NCBI GenBank assembly: GCA_964411375.1
Contig: CAYPKR010000001.1
Location: 238,807 to 302,806, forward strand
Direction of reading: 5' to 3'
Length of the DNA: 64,000 nt
Origin: an uncultured Candidatus Saccharibacteria bacterium
Lineage (GTDB): Bacteria; Patescibacteriota; Minisyncoccia; Phycocordibacterales; UBA12088
The notes below the pieces were generated by a model that was not told where the DNA came from, did not search any database, and saw only the letters and a program-made list of their open reading frames with translations. Of this stretch, positions 8,140 to 17,898 are shown in pieces (positions within the stretch are counted from its first letter, which is position 1; every line of letters begins with the position of its first letter). Made by a program: the position numbers and the translations under genes.

Positions 8140-9783
8140 ATGTCAGTGCAGAAAAAACGCAAATATATTTTTGTTGTAGGCGGAGTAATGTCGGGAGTAG
8201 GGAAGGGTGTCGCTTCATCGTCGATCGGTACCATTTTAAAAGGGCGGGGGTTTAGACTCACCGCCTTAAAAATTGATCCCTATATCAATGTGGACGCCGG
8301 CACCATGAATCCAACCGAGCACGGCGAAGTCTTTGTCCTCAAAGACGGTCTTGAGACCGATCAGGACATGGGCAACTACGAACGATTCCTCAATCAAAGC
8401 TTCGACAGTGGAAACTACATGACCACTGGATCGGTGTATCTCTCGGTAATCCAAAAGGAGCGCAATCTCGAATACAAAGGAAAAAATGTCGAGGTGGTTC
8501 CCGATATTCCGCTCGAAGTCATTAAGCGAATTGAGAATGCCGCGGAAAAAGATTCGGCGGATGTGACTATTGTTGAAATTGGCGGCACGGTCGGTGAATA
8601 TCAAAACATTCTCTTTCTCGAGGCGGCGCGCATGATGAAATCCAAATACCCGAGTGATGTCGCCGTCGTCCTCGTCTCCTATCTGCCGGTTCCGGGATCA
8701 ATCGGTGAAATGAAAACAAAGCCCACGCAGTATGCGGCGCGCACATTAAACAGCGCTGGCGTATTTGCCGACCTCATCATTGCTCGCGCTCCAGTTGCGC
8801 TCGATGAAAAGCGAAAGGAAAAAATCGCAATCTTCTGTAACGTGAAGAAAGAACATGTCATCTCCGCTCCTGATGTTGATTCGATCTATGATGTGCCACT
8901 CAATTTTGAAAAAGACAATCTCGGTGCAATGCTTTGCCATATTCTAGATTTGCCAAATGGTAAACCAACTAATCTCAAAGAATGGGAAGGATTCGTAAAG
9001 CGTGCGAAGGGCACAAAAGGGGAAGTGAAAATTGCAATTGCAGGAAAATATTTTAAATCTGGCGAATTTGTCCTATCGGACGTGTATATTTCGGTTATTG
9101 AATCCTTGAAGTTTTCCGCATATGCAGCAGGCGTAAAGCCAGTCATTACCTATTTGAACGCAAAGGATTTTGAAAATCCAAAAGCGGATTTCTCCGTGCT
9201 CAAAAAATATGACGGTATTTTGGTTCCCGGTGGATTTGGCGAAACTGCGGTTGAAGGAAAAATAAACATAATCAGCTACGCGAGAAAGAATAAGATTCCA
9301 TATTTTGGACTCTGTTACGGCATGCAGCTCATGGTTGTCGAATATGCAAGAAATGTGCTCGGTCTCAAAGATGCAAACACGACGGAAATAAATCAGAAAG
9401 CAAAAGATCCGGTAATCGACATCATGCCAGAGCAGAAAGAAAAAATGGCGAAGAAAGAATACGGCGGCTCCATGCGGCTCGGCACTTATACCGCGAATCT
9501 TCAAAAGGGGACTATCGCCGAAAAAGCGTACAAAGCATCAAAAGTCGACGAGCGCCATCGCCATCGATTTGAAGTCAGTCCAGAATATGTCGAGCGTATC
9601 GAGAAAGGGGGATTAGTGTTTTCGGGCAAGAGTCCGAACGGAGTGCTTATGGAAATAGCCGAACTTCCTGAGAAAGAACATCCATTTTTCCTCGGGACGC
9701 AGTTTCATCCCGAATTCCTCGGTCGTCCGCTTTCACCGCACCCGCTCTTTAGTGCGTTTGTCAGAGCAGCATTGAAAAAATAA
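8140..9783 (+). CDS. pyrG: CTP synthase
   Basis: 547 aa; N-terminal synthetase domain (GGVMSGVGKG) and C-terminal GATase (GLCYGMQ, HRHRFE). Confidence 0.9.
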   Translation: MSVQKKRKYIFVVGGVMSGVGKGVASSSIGTILKGRGFRLTALKIDPYINVDAGTMNPTEHGEVFVLKDGLETDQDMGNYERFLNQSFDSGNYMTTGSVYLSVIQKERNLEYKGKNVEVVPDIPLEVIKRIENAAEKDSADVTIVEIGGTVGEYQNILFLEAARMMKSKYPSDVAVVLVSYLPVPGSIGEMKTKPTQYAARTLNSAGVFADLIIARAPVALDEKRKEKIAIFCNVKKEHVISAPDVDSIYDVPLNFEKDNLGAMLCHILDLPNGKPTNLKEWEGFVKRAKGTKGEVKIAIAGKYFKSGEFVLSDVYISVIESLKFSAYAAGVKPVITYLNAKDFENPKADFSVLKKYDGILVPGGFGETAVEGKINIISYARKNKIPYFGLCYGMQLMVVEYARNVLGLKDANTTEINQKAKDPVIDIMPEQKEKMAKKEYGGSMRLGTYTANLQKGTIAEKAYKASKVDERHRHRFEVSPEYVERIEKGGLVFSGKSPNGVLMEIAELPEKEHPFFLGTQFHPEFLGRPLSPHPLFSAFVRAALKK

Positions 9784-9794
9784 ATTAAAATATT

Positions 9795-10565
9795 ATGGGA
9801 GGTCCTGAATCAATACCTAAGAACCCTGCCGAAATAGACCAAGCCGAAACGGAATCCCTTGCGGCCGAAACCGAAGAAGTATTGGCGACAGTGCATGCAT
9901 TGTCTGAACCTGGTGCGGTATTGAACGGTGATGTACTAATGCGTCTGGAACAACTTGCGCATCAAGGAAGTCATGCGCTCGAGGTGGGTCATTATGAGCA
10001 TGGTATCGTTCCTCGTCTTGAAGATCTTGAGAATGGCTCGGCATTTATTGTTTCAAAACTTGAAGATGCGCTTCATGACGCTGATTCCCTTGAGACTGAA
10101 TCAATTCAAAAATTGATCGCTTTTTTCAAGGGACGTCCAGAACAATTACGATACGCAATTTTTTCCTATGCCGACAGCGTTGCACGTTTCTATCGAATTA
10201 GTCGAAGCCGTAGCATGATGGACAATGAAGATTTTTTAAAACAAATGAAAGTGATCGATCAAACTCGTCGAAGGAGGCACGACAGCCTGCTCGATTCTCT
10301 TGCCGGATATTCGCAACAAATCTCATCCTTGATCCAGGACGGATACTTGGAACGGGAAGATGTTGCATGGTTTGATTTTAAAATTTCTGACAGCACCGAT
10401 TCTAGCGGGGAAGAGAATGCTCCGCATAGACCAGTTCTCGCCTTTTCAAGCGGGAGTATTACGGACAGAGATAGAGTGCGCAATTGGGCAGTCGCGCTGG
10501 ATGTGGTTGAAAACATCCGCGAGCAAGAACGTCTCTTAGAAGAAAGAAAAGAAATGAACAGATAA
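9795..10565 (+). CDS. Hypothetical acidic protein
   Basis: 256 aa ORF, no recognised domain. Confidence 0.35.
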   Translation: MGGPESIPKNPAEIDQAETESLAAETEEVLATVHALSEPGAVLNGDVLMRLEQLAHQGSHALEVGHYEHGIVPRLEDLENGSAFIVSKLEDALHDADSLETESIQKLIAFFKGRPEQLRYAIFSYADSVARFYRISRSRSMMDNEDFLKQMKVIDQTRRRRHDSLLDSLAGYSQQISSLIQDGYLEREDVAWFDFKISDSTDSSGEENAPHRPVLAFSSGSITDRDRVRNWAVALDVVENIREQERLLEERKEMNR

Positions 10566-10587
10566 TAGAAAAAGGAGGCGATCGGTT

Positions 10588-10845
10588 TTATCCGTTCTGC
10601 CCCCTACCAAATGATGGAGTATTTTCTGCTGGTTGCCCCGACATTATTGCCGAAGCGATATTGAGTGCCGTGATACCGAGTTCTGCATCGGTCTGCAGAG
10701 ATTCAGTGACTGCACGAAGTTGGGCAAGTATTGCTCGCATGCTCTCCGTATCCTCCTGTCGAATTGCCTCGCGGTAATCGAGGCACAAGTCGCCAATTTG
10801 CTGGGCTACCGACTTCTTATCCGACATGTCGTATCCTCCAGACAA
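10588..10845 (-). CDS. Hypothetical small protein
   Basis: 85 aa ORF. Confidence 0.3.
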   Translation of the reverse strand: MSGGYDMSDKKSVAQQIGDLCLDYREAIRQEDTESMRAILAQLRAVTESLQTDAELGITALNIASAIMSGQPAENTPSFGRGQNG

Positions 10846-10965
10846 CTAGATATTCTATAGCATTCGTATAATTGAATGTCAATAGTATGCCCCCTTTGGA
10901 GAGTATAAATCTTACACAAGGTGTGATATGTTGAAAACGCGCGATTGGCGCGTTTTCTAATACAT

Positions 10966-11036
10966 TGCCGGATCGTCTAATGGTAGGACATGTGCCTCTG
11001 GAGCACAGTATCTAGGTTCGAGTCCTAGTCCGGCAG
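10966..11036 (+). tRNA. tRNA-Gln (anticodon CTG) with U1-A72 pair, CCA not encoded
   Basis: Acceptor TGCCGGA/TCCGGCA, anticodon loop CTCTGGA, T-loop TTCGAGT; preceded by a GC hairpin at 10932-10957. Confidence 0.75.
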
Positions 11037-11058
11037 CAGCTCGTGATAATCTAAAAAT

Positions 11059-11628
11059 ATGAAGACCGCAATTCTTGTCCACGGAATGCCTTCAAAGGAA
11101 GAGTATCTTGATTTGAATGATCCATCTGCTTCAAACGGTCAGTGGTTCCCGTGGCTCCAAAAGCAACTTTCGGTTCTAGGAATTGTTGCGCAAACGCCAG
11201 AAATGCCTGAACCTTATCGGCCAAATTATGAAAATTGGAAAAAAGTATTTGAGCAATTTATCTTAGACGAAGAAACGATACTCGTTGGGCACAGTTGTGG
11301 GGGAGGTTTTCTGGTGAGATGGCTTAGTGAAAATAAGGTAAAAGTAGGGAAGGTGATCTTAGTCGCCCCATGGATTAATCCTAAGTCTACGGAAGTTGTT
11401 CCAGGCTTCTTTGATTTTATAATCGATCCAAACTTAGTCGCTAAGACCGATGAATTACACCTCTTTATTTCCTCGGACGATGAACAAGATGAATTAGATA
11501 CCGCTAGGATGATTGAAGAAAAAGTGAGTGGCGTGGAGATGCATAGATTTACTGACAAAGGACACTTTTGTATAGGTTTTAATTTACCAGACGAGCAATT
11601 TCCTGAAGTACTTGAGATTTTAAAATAG
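11059..11628 (+). CDS. Alpha/beta-fold serine hydrolase of the YdeN/RBBP9 family
   Basis: 189 aa; nucleophile elbow VGHSCGG. Confidence 0.6.
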   Translation: MKTAILVHGMPSKEEYLDLNDPSASNGQWFPWLQKQLSVLGIVAQTPEMPEPYRPNYENWKKVFEQFILDEETILVGHSCGGGFLVRWLSENKVKVGKVILVAPWINPKSTEVVPGFFDFIIDPNLVAKTDELHLFISSDDEQDELDTARMIEEKVSGVEMHRFTDKGHFCIGFNLPDEQFPEVLEILK

Positions 11629-11701
11629 TTCCAACATCTCCCCATACGATCTTTTGTTGAAATCGGTTAATATAAACTATATACATAATTAATTACTATT
11701 T

Positions 11702-12067
11702 ATGGCGACATACGTAGACGGATTCGTTTTTTCAGTGCCAAAGAACAAGAGGAAGAAGTATAAGAAAATCGCCAAAGAAGCTTCCGAGGTGTGGAAGAAG
11801 TTTGGTGCACTCGAGTATAAAGAATGTCGCGCAACAGATGTAGAGCCAAAGTTCGTAAAATTTACCTTCCCTAAAATGGCGAAAACTAAGCAAGGCGAAG
11901 AAGTTTGGTTTTCATTCATTGTCTTTAAATCGAAAGCAGATCGGAAGAAAATTAACGCACAGGTTATGGATTATTTTGCCAAGAAATACCCGGGCAAGGG
12001 GATGGACATGCCATTTGATATGAAGCGGTTTGCATACGGCGGCTTTACTACCGAAATAGAAAGCTAA
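11702..12067 (+). CDS. DUF1428 family protein
   Basis: 121 aa; N-terminus MATYVDGFVFSVPK characteristic of DUF1428. Confidence 0.55.
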   Translation: MATYVDGFVFSVPKNKRKKYKKIAKEASEVWKKFGALEYKECRATDVEPKFVKFTFPKMAKTKQGEEVWFSFIVFKSKADRKKINAQVMDYFAKKYPGKGMDMPFDMKRFAYGGFTTEIES

Positions 12068-12157
12068 ACATCCTATGCTGCTTCGTCAAATCGCCCCAAC
12101 GGGCGATTCTTCTTTTGTTGAAACTGTATAGGACTAAATCGAGTTACCATACATACC

Positions 12158-12337
12158 ATGAAACCAATTCCACTCATCGTACTTGGCGTATTGTCTCTCA
12201 CTCTTTCGAGGTTGTCTTTTACGCTTATCAATGACCCCGAAGGTCCTAATCTTTTGATCGTCGTCGTCCTTGCGGCGATCATATACGCCGTTCTTCTTGG
12301 CGTATATTCTGTATTCTCTTCGGCGAAGGCGAGATAA
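12158..12337 (+). CDS. Possible unannotated 59-aa membrane peptide (MKPIPLIVLGVLSL...) in an otherwise empty 337-bp gap
   Basis: ATG-initiated ORF with two hydrophobic segments, below the ORF-track size cut-off; only competing ORFs are antisense with no features. Confidence 0.3.
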   Translation: MKPIPLIVLGVLSLTLSRLSFTLINDPEGPNLLIVVVLAAIIYAVLLGVYSVFSSAKAR

Positions 12338-12404
12338 GTTAGGGTAAAGATTGAGGTTTGGCCGGATTGTACTATCTGGCTGTTTCCTTTTATATAATGG
12401 GTAT

Positions 12405-12839
12405 ATGGCAGAACTAAAAACAAAACTGAATAAGGGGAGCGTTCCAAAATTTTTGAGTACGATTAAAGACGAGCAGAAGCGCAAAGATTGTACGCTTATT
12501 TGCAAAATGATGGAGAAGGGAGCGAAAGCGAAGCCAGAAATGTGGGGCACGTCGATCGTTGGTTTCGGTCGCCGAAAATACACGTACGCAAACGGCAAAG
12601 AAGGGGAGTGGATGGTGATTGGTTTTGCACCCCGCACAGGAAATATCGCGCTCTATGGTTTGAAAGTCTTTACGATGGCCGAGGGTAAGCTGAAGGAAGA
12701 TAAAAAGGAGAATGCTCCACTTCTCAAGCTCGGCAAATATAAAGAAGGGGGCGGATGTCTTTACATCAACAAACTCGCTGACGTCGACACAAAACAGCTT
12801 GAAAAAATAATCAAACTTGCGGTTAAGCGGAAGAAATAA
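12405..12839 (+). CDS. DUF1801 (YdhG-like) domain protein
   Basis: Start taken at MAELKTKLNK; conserved DUF1801 core WGTSIVGFG. Confidence 0.5.
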   Translation: MAELKTKLNKGSVPKFLSTIKDEQKRKDCTLICKMMEKGAKAKPEMWGTSIVGFGRRKYTYANGKEGEWMVIGFAPRTGNIALYGLKVFTMAEGKLKEDKKENAPLLKLGKYKEGGGCLYINKLADVDTKQLEKIIKLAVKRKK

Positions 12840-12882
12840 GCGAATCCATCTAATAAGTATTTTATTAACTTAATGCAATCGT

Positions 12883-13269
12883 ATGATCGATCACGCCTCA
12901 GTAGCAGTAACTGATCTCGAAAAATCAAAACATTTATATGTGGCAATGCTTGCCCCGCTTGGGTATGCGCTTAAGATGGACATACCTGAATATGGGGCCG
13001 CAGGATTCGGCACCGGAGATCGTTCGGATTTTTGGATCGGAAAAGTGGAAGGAATGAAAGGCGGCGTGCATGTTGCGTTTGTTGCAGATTCGAAAGAAAT
13101 GGTTGATGCATTTTATACCGCAGGATTAGCTGGAGGAGGAGTTGATAATGGCGCTCCAGGTTACCGTGAAATGTATTCTCCCAATTACTACGGCGCATTT
13201 ATTCATGATTTTGATGGGAATAATATTGAAGCAGTATTTCGAGACCCATCGAAACCGTCAAAGCAATAA
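12883..13269 (+). CDS. VOC / glyoxalase-bleomycin-resistance family protein
   Basis: 128 aa; MIDHASVAVTDLEKSKHLY N-terminus typical of the VOC fold. Confidence 0.65.
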   Translation: MIDHASVAVTDLEKSKHLYVAMLAPLGYALKMDIPEYGAAGFGTGDRSDFWIGKVEGMKGGVHVAFVADSKEMVDAFYTAGLAGGGVDNGAPGYREMYSPNYYGAFIHDFDGNNIEAVFRDPSKPSKQ

Positions 13270-13274
13270 AAGAT

Positions 13275-13874
13275 ATGAGAAAAATAATTGTCCAAGAATT
13301 TATTACTCTAGACGGCGTCATGCAGGCGCCAGGCGGACCGGATGAAGATACATCGAGTGGTTTTAAATATGGCGGTTGGACGGCACCATATTTTCACGCG
13401 GCTGATGAAGAGGCGGGGGAACTCATGGGGAAGTGGCTCAAATCCACCGATCTTCTTCTCGGGAGAAAGACATTTGATATTTTTGCTGCATATTGGCCAT
13501 CACATGCGGACATATGGCCGGGCATTATGGATGTCACTAAATACTGTGTAAGTTCCACGCTTGAGAAATCAGATTGGAAAAATTCAGTATTCCTCAAGAA
13601 TGTCGACGATATCAAAAAAATAAAAGCGGAGGGAGATGCTGATCTTCAGGTGATCGGGAGCGGCGATCTTTGCCAAACGCTATTCAGAAATGATTTGGTG
13701 GATGAGATGCGACTCATGACTTTTCCAATCACGCTCGGTCAGGGCAAGAAACTCTTTGGCGAAGGCACGATTCCTGCAGCATTCACGATAGGGGAGAGCT
13801 TGGTTACTAAAAACGGTGTGATCTTTGCGAGCTACAAACGTGCAGGAAACGTTGAAACTGGGACGGTTGGATAG
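13275..13874 (+). CDS. Dihydrofolate reductase-like (RibD C-terminal domain) family protein
   Basis: 199 aa; IIVQEFITLDGVMQAPGGPDED and LGRKTFD motifs of the YwjB/RibD-C family. Confidence 0.65.
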   Translation: MRKIIVQEFITLDGVMQAPGGPDEDTSSGFKYGGWTAPYFHAADEEAGELMGKWLKSTDLLLGRKTFDIFAAYWPSHADIWPGIMDVTKYCVSSTLEKSDWKNSVFLKNVDDIKKIKAEGDADLQVIGSGDLCQTLFRNDLVDEMRLMTFPITLGQGKKLFGEGTIPAAFTIGESLVTKNGVIFASYKRAGNVETGTVG

Positions 13875-13884
13875 TATTCAAAGC

Positions 13885-14001
13885 ATGAAAAAGAAGACTG
13901 CAAGCAAAAAAGTAACTATCTGCAGTCGTGGACATACGTTCTATAAAAGTGCGGCACAGCCGACGTGTCCTATTTGTTGGCCGGGCAGATATACGAAATA
14001 A
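13885..14001 (+). CDS. Possible 38-aa zinc-ribbon peptide (CSRGH..CPICW)
   Basis: Short ATG ORF with a C/H-x-C pair, below the ORF-track cut-off. Confidence 0.25.
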   Translation: MKKKTASKKVTICSRGHTFYKSAAQPTCPICWPGRYTK

Positions 14002-14053
14002 CGGAACCTTCTTAAAGTGGTATAGTACCCTCATTACCCATAAACTATTCTGT

Positions 14054-14392
14054 ATGAATGATGATATTTTGGTAGTAACTACCAATGACGTACCCGGATA
14101 CGAAGTGGTCAAAGTATATGGCGAAGTATTCGGAGTGTTAGTCCGAAGTCGAAATCTCGTGAGCAATATCGGCGCAGGTCTCCAATCGATTTTTGGCGGA
14201 GAAATTGATGCCTATACAAAATTAATCAGCGATAGCCGTATCCAGGCAGTCGAACGAATGAAAAAGGCGGCGCATGAAAAGGGGGCGAACGCGATCCTCA
14301 TGATGCGATTTGATACGGGAGAAATTGGACAAACCATGAATGAAGTTGCTGCATACGGCACGGCGGTCACGATTCGCCCGCTTTCAAAGTAA
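14054..14392 (+). CDS. YbjQ/UPF0145 family protein; ORF opens at 13928 but conserved start is [16 protein letters not shown]
   Basis: 112 aa core with the UPF0145 pattern [12 protein letters not shown] and [11 protein letters not shown]. Confidence 0.7.
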   Translation: MNDDILVVTTNDVPGYEVVKVYGEVFGVLVRSRNLVSNIGAGLQSIFGGEIDAYTKLISDSRIQAVERMKKAAHEKGANAILMMRFDTGEIGQTMNEVAAYGTAVTIRPLSK

Positions 14393-14512
14393 TGAAAGAT
14401 CCTAAGAAACAATTTAGAACGGATATCAAAGAGCCGCGCTGGCAGCAATTCGTGAGTCTTCTTATAGCAGCCGGTATTTTTTCACTGTGGCTGTGGCTCG
14501 CGTTTCATTGAA

Positions 14513-14989
14513 ATGCGATATGTTGCACTGATACGAGGTATTGGTCCGGGAAACCCCAATATGCGGGGCGAAAAATTGCAGTCAGCGTTTGAGGCGCTTG
14601 GTTTCAAAAATTTGCATCCAGTCATTGCGAGCGGGAATGTCGTTTTTGATTCTGCATCGAAGAGTGCGGCAGCACTTGAGAAAAAAATCGAACAGGGTTT
14701 AGAAAAGCAACTTGGGTTTAACCGTGCGGTTATCGTGCGAAGCGAAACCGAACTCAAAAAATTAGTTTCCAAAAATCCATTTAAGGGAATCAAGGACGAG
14801 AAACCTAATTATCTTATTGTTACTTTTTTCAAAAATCCTCGCAAAGAACTGTGCTCAGTAATAGATATGAATACAACGAAGGGAACCGATATGATGGTGT
14901 CGCTCGAAAAGAAACATGGGAAAGCAATCACGACCCGCACGTGGAAAACGGTGCATCGTATTCTTACTAAATTAGAAGCAACTCGTTAG
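14513..14989 (+). CDS. DUF1697 domain protein
   Basis: 158 aa; MRYVALIRGIGPGN..SGNVVF pattern typical of DUF1697. Confidence 0.6.
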   Translation: MRYVALIRGIGPGNPNMRGEKLQSAFEALGFKNLHPVIASGNVVFDSASKSAAALEKKIEQGLEKQLGFNRAVIVRSETELKKLVSKNPFKGIKDEKPNYLIVTFFKNPRKELCSVIDMNTTKGTDMMVSLEKKHGKAITTRTWKTVHRILTKLEATR

Positions 14990-14997
14990 CCATAGCT

Positions 14998-15336
14998 ATG
15001 CGTGTCTGGGATCTTCCACCAAAACAGTTGTGCCGAAAACATTTACTCGGCGAGCATCGCGAACTCCACGGTCTTTGGAATATTTTGACCAAACATACAG
15101 GTAAGGGCGGGTATTCAAATCATCCAGAAACAAAACGATGGGTAGGGAAAACCAAGGCGCTCTATTTGCGGCACGAAGCGCTGGTGAAAGAAATGCTACG
15201 GCGCGGATATCAGCACCATTCTCCGCTTGATAAACGGCTTGCGAAAGGGAGTAGTATTCAGCGACTCTATATCGATCATCCGACACGCCAGAGAGAATTG
15301 CTCCATAAAAAACCGTGCGACTGCGTTTTTAAATAA
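14998..15336 (+). CDS. Pyrimidine-dimer DNA glycosylase (T4 endonuclease V-like) family protein
   Basis: 112 aa; N-terminus MRVWDLPPKQLCRKHLLGEHRELHGLW matches the MRxWxLxP..L....L..EHxE pattern of this family. Confidence 0.5.
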   Translation: MRVWDLPPKQLCRKHLLGEHRELHGLWNILTKHTGKGGYSNHPETKRWVGKTKALYLRHEALVKEMLRRGYQHHSPLDKRLAKGSSIQRLYIDHPTRQRELLHKKPCDCVFK

Positions 15337-15354
15337 TGTATTAGGAATACCAGT

Positions 15355-15597
15355 ATGAAAGAAGGAACGTATTGCGAATCGTGCCTCATGCCGTTTAAGA
15401 AGGATACCGGAATCCAGGAGTCGGAAAAATATTGCTCGCTTTGTTTCAAGGACGGAAAACTCCAATATACAGGCAATGATTTGAAGGAATTTCAAAAGAT
15501 CATGTACCAATCAATGCGAAGTAGGGGAATGAACGGAATCAAGGCTCGGTTCTTTACCTATATGATCAAATTTGCGCCACGTTGGAAGAAAGCTTAG
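15355..15597 (+). CDS. Zinc-ribbon domain small protein
   Basis: 80 aa; CESC..(17)..CSLC pairs. Confidence 0.5.
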   Translation: MKEGTYCESCLMPFKKDTGIQESEKYCSLCFKDGKLQYTGNDLKEFQKIMYQSMRSRGMNGIKARFFTYMIKFAPRWKKA

Positions 15598-16094
15598 AAC
15601 TTTTTATCCGATCTCTTATAGAATGGCTCGCGCGGATTACTCTTCGCGCGTTCATCCATTTTTGCGGCGAGCCATTCGAAGTATTCATTTAAATATGGAT
15701 CGCGTTCGCGAATGGGAATTATAAACGGTTTGTATTTGTTCCACGTAAAGCTCACATAGGTGCCGAGCGTTTTGTCGACGAGATCAATATCAACAAGTCC
15801 CTCCGCAACCAGAATTCCAAGGGATTCCATCTGCTGAGAAAATTGGAGAAGCATGATGTTATCGAGACCTTTGAGTGTGCGTGCTTCTTCGCGTGTTTTG
15901 GGGAAGCGGGACGAGTTGACGAAATCCATGAGTTCGCAAAATTCGCGGGTTTGAAATGCGCGGAGCGTTCCGAGGGTGAGCTGTTCGCGGCGACTCCGTT
16001 CATTTGCTTTGACTTGCGCAATTCCGAATACGAGCGCTACAACAAATGAAAGTGCGAGGGAGACATTGGCAATAACAGTAATTATTTCAGTCAT
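15594..16094 (-). CDS. Hypothetical protein with N-terminal TM anchor
   Basis: 166 aa ORF. Confidence 0.4.
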   Translation of the reverse strand: MTEIITVIANVSLALSFVVALVFGIAQVKANERSRREQLTLGTLRAFQTREFCELMDFVNSSRFPKTREEARTLKGLDNIMLLQFSQQMESLGILVAEGLVDIDLVDKTLGTYVSFTWNKYKPFIIPIRERDPYLNEYFEWLAAKMDERAKSNPREPFYKRSDKKF

Positions 16095-16189
16095 GCACCT
16101 ATTTTATCATTTATCGCCCTCTGGTACCCATGCTCCAACAATAGGTATAAAATACAAATCTGATCGTTATCAGTTTAGAATCTACCAAT

Positions 16190-16519
16190 ATGAAAAAATT
16201 TCTTGTTCTCTATATGGCTTCGCCGGCGTCGATTGATGAAATGATTAAAAACACTACGCCTGAACAGCGTCAGGCAGGAATGGATGCATGGACGGAGTGG
16301 ATGAATGCGCACAAAGATGTGCTTGCTGACATGGGTACACCAGTCGGCAAGAATAAGCGTGTCACGGAAGACGGCGCATCCGATGTACGAAATGATGTGT
16401 GCGGATATTCACTTGTGAATGCAGAATCCTACGATGCCGCTGTAGCACTCTTTGACGATTCTCCGCACTTCCAGATCAAAGGTGGATACATCGAGATTTT
16501 GGAATGTTTAACAATGTAG
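16190..16519 (+). CDS. Hypothetical small protein (possibly a dimeric alpha/beta-barrel, YciI-like)
   Basis: 109 aa ORF. Confidence 0.35.
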   Translation: MKKFLVLYMASPASIDEMIKNTTPEQRQAGMDAWTEWMNAHKDVLADMGTPVGKNKRVTEDGASDVRNDVCGYSLVNAESYDAAVALFDDSPHFQIKGGYIEILECLTM

Positions 16520-16620
16520 TCTATAGGAATGTCACAAAGAATACACTCCGCCAATTTCTTGGCGGAGTGTATTCTATATAGTAAGTATCTTATTTCCTGT
16601 ATCTGGGGTACAAGTAATAC

Positions 16621-17868
16621 GTGAAAAAGACAGACACTACATATGAGGTCATCGTTATCGGCGGGGGAGCTGCCGGCATGATGGCGGCTATCCGTGCAGC
16701 CGAGCATGGGAAAAAAGTATTACTCTTGGAGAAAAATAGAATTCTCGGAAAGAAACTTTCAATTTCAGGTGGCGGACGATGTAACATTACGAATGCAGAA
16801 TCTGATGTCACCGCACTCCTTTCACATTTTGGCGAGGCGAAAGAATTTCTATTCTCGAGCTTCTCTCAATTCGGGATGAAAGACACATTCACTTTTTTTG
16901 AGTCAAGAGGAATTCCAGTTGTGGTACAGGGAAGAAAGCGAGCATTTCCAGAGAGCGAAAAAGCGACCGATGTCGTTCGCGCACTTTCCGATCGTTTGAA
17001 AGAACTTGGCGTGACGATTCTTCGTGAAGCCCCCGTACAGCGAATAATTGAAAAGGCAGGTTGGATTCAGAGTGTTGTTGTCGGAGAGAAAGAATACACC
17101 GCGCATGCATATATATGTGCGGTTGGCGGCGTCTCGCATCCGGAAACTGGATCGACGGGCGATGGATTTCAGTGGCTCAAGATTCTGGGGCACACGATTG
17201 TAGAGCCGACTCCGACTATTGTTCCGCTTCGTGTAAAAGAAGCGTGGGTCAAACAGCTCGCCGGCGTGACGGTTCCAGAAATGAAAATTACTTTTTATTC
17301 AAATGGGGGGAAAAAATTTGCACGAACAGGATCCTTGTTATTCACACACGCAGGAATTTCCGGTCCGACCATTTTGAATAGTGCAGGCGCAGTTGGTGAT
17401 TTGTTGTACGAGGGAAGTGTCGATGCTTCGATTGATCTCGCGCCGAAAGAAGATTTAGGAACTTTTGACAAGCGGATTAGCGAAGTATTCGACCAAAATA
17501 AAAACAAAGCACTTAAAAATGTACTCAAAGAAATTACTCCTCCGGGAACTGCAGAAGTATTTCTCTCGCTTCTTCGTGGCATCGATCCGGAGAAAAAAGT
17601 ACACAGCGTTCTGCGGGAAGAACGCAAAATGATTGCGAAACTTCTCAAAGCGATCCCGGTCTCGATTATCGGACTTATGGGATTTGATCAGGCGGTAGTA
17701 GCGGACGGAGGCGTGCCGCTTACCGAAGTTGATACCAAAACATTCCGCTCGAAGAAGTGTCCCAACCTCTTCATTATTGGTGACCTTTTGAATATTCGTC
17801 GTCCCTCAGGCGGCTATTCTCTCCAGTTATGTTGGACTACCGGACATGTTGCTGGTAGTAATGCATGA
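16621..17868 (+). CDS. HI0933-family NAD(P)/FAD-dependent flavoprotein (GTG start)
   Basis: 415 aa; VIVIGGGAAG dinucleotide fold and the family hallmark ISGGGRCN. Confidence 0.8.
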   Translation: MKKTDTTYEVIVIGGGAAGMMAAIRAAEHGKKVLLLEKNRILGKKLSISGGGRCNITNAESDVTALLSHFGEAKEFLFSSFSQFGMKDTFTFFESRGIPVVVQGRKRAFPESEKATDVVRALSDRLKELGVTILREAPVQRIIEKAGWIQSVVVGEKEYTAHAYICAVGGVSHPETGSTGDGFQWLKILGHTIVEPTPTIVPLRVKEAWVKQLAGVTVPEMKITFYSNGGKKFARTGSLLFTHAGISGPTILNSAGAVGDLLYEGSVDASIDLAPKEDLGTFDKRISEVFDQNKNKALKNVLKEITPPGTAEVFLSLLRGIDPEKKVHSVLREERKMIAKLLKAIPVSIIGLMGFDQAVVADGGVPLTEVDTKTFRSKKCPNLFIIGDLLNIRRPSGGYSLQLCWTTGHVAGSNA

Positions 17869-17898
17869 TTTTGGTAAATAAGGTACAAGTAGTAACAC

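Noticed and set aside
12073-12637. Two overlapping minus-strand ORFs (124 and 167 aa)
   Set aside because: They are antisense to the DUF1801 gene start and to the candidate 59-aa peptide, with no motifs and mutual overlap; likely spurious.
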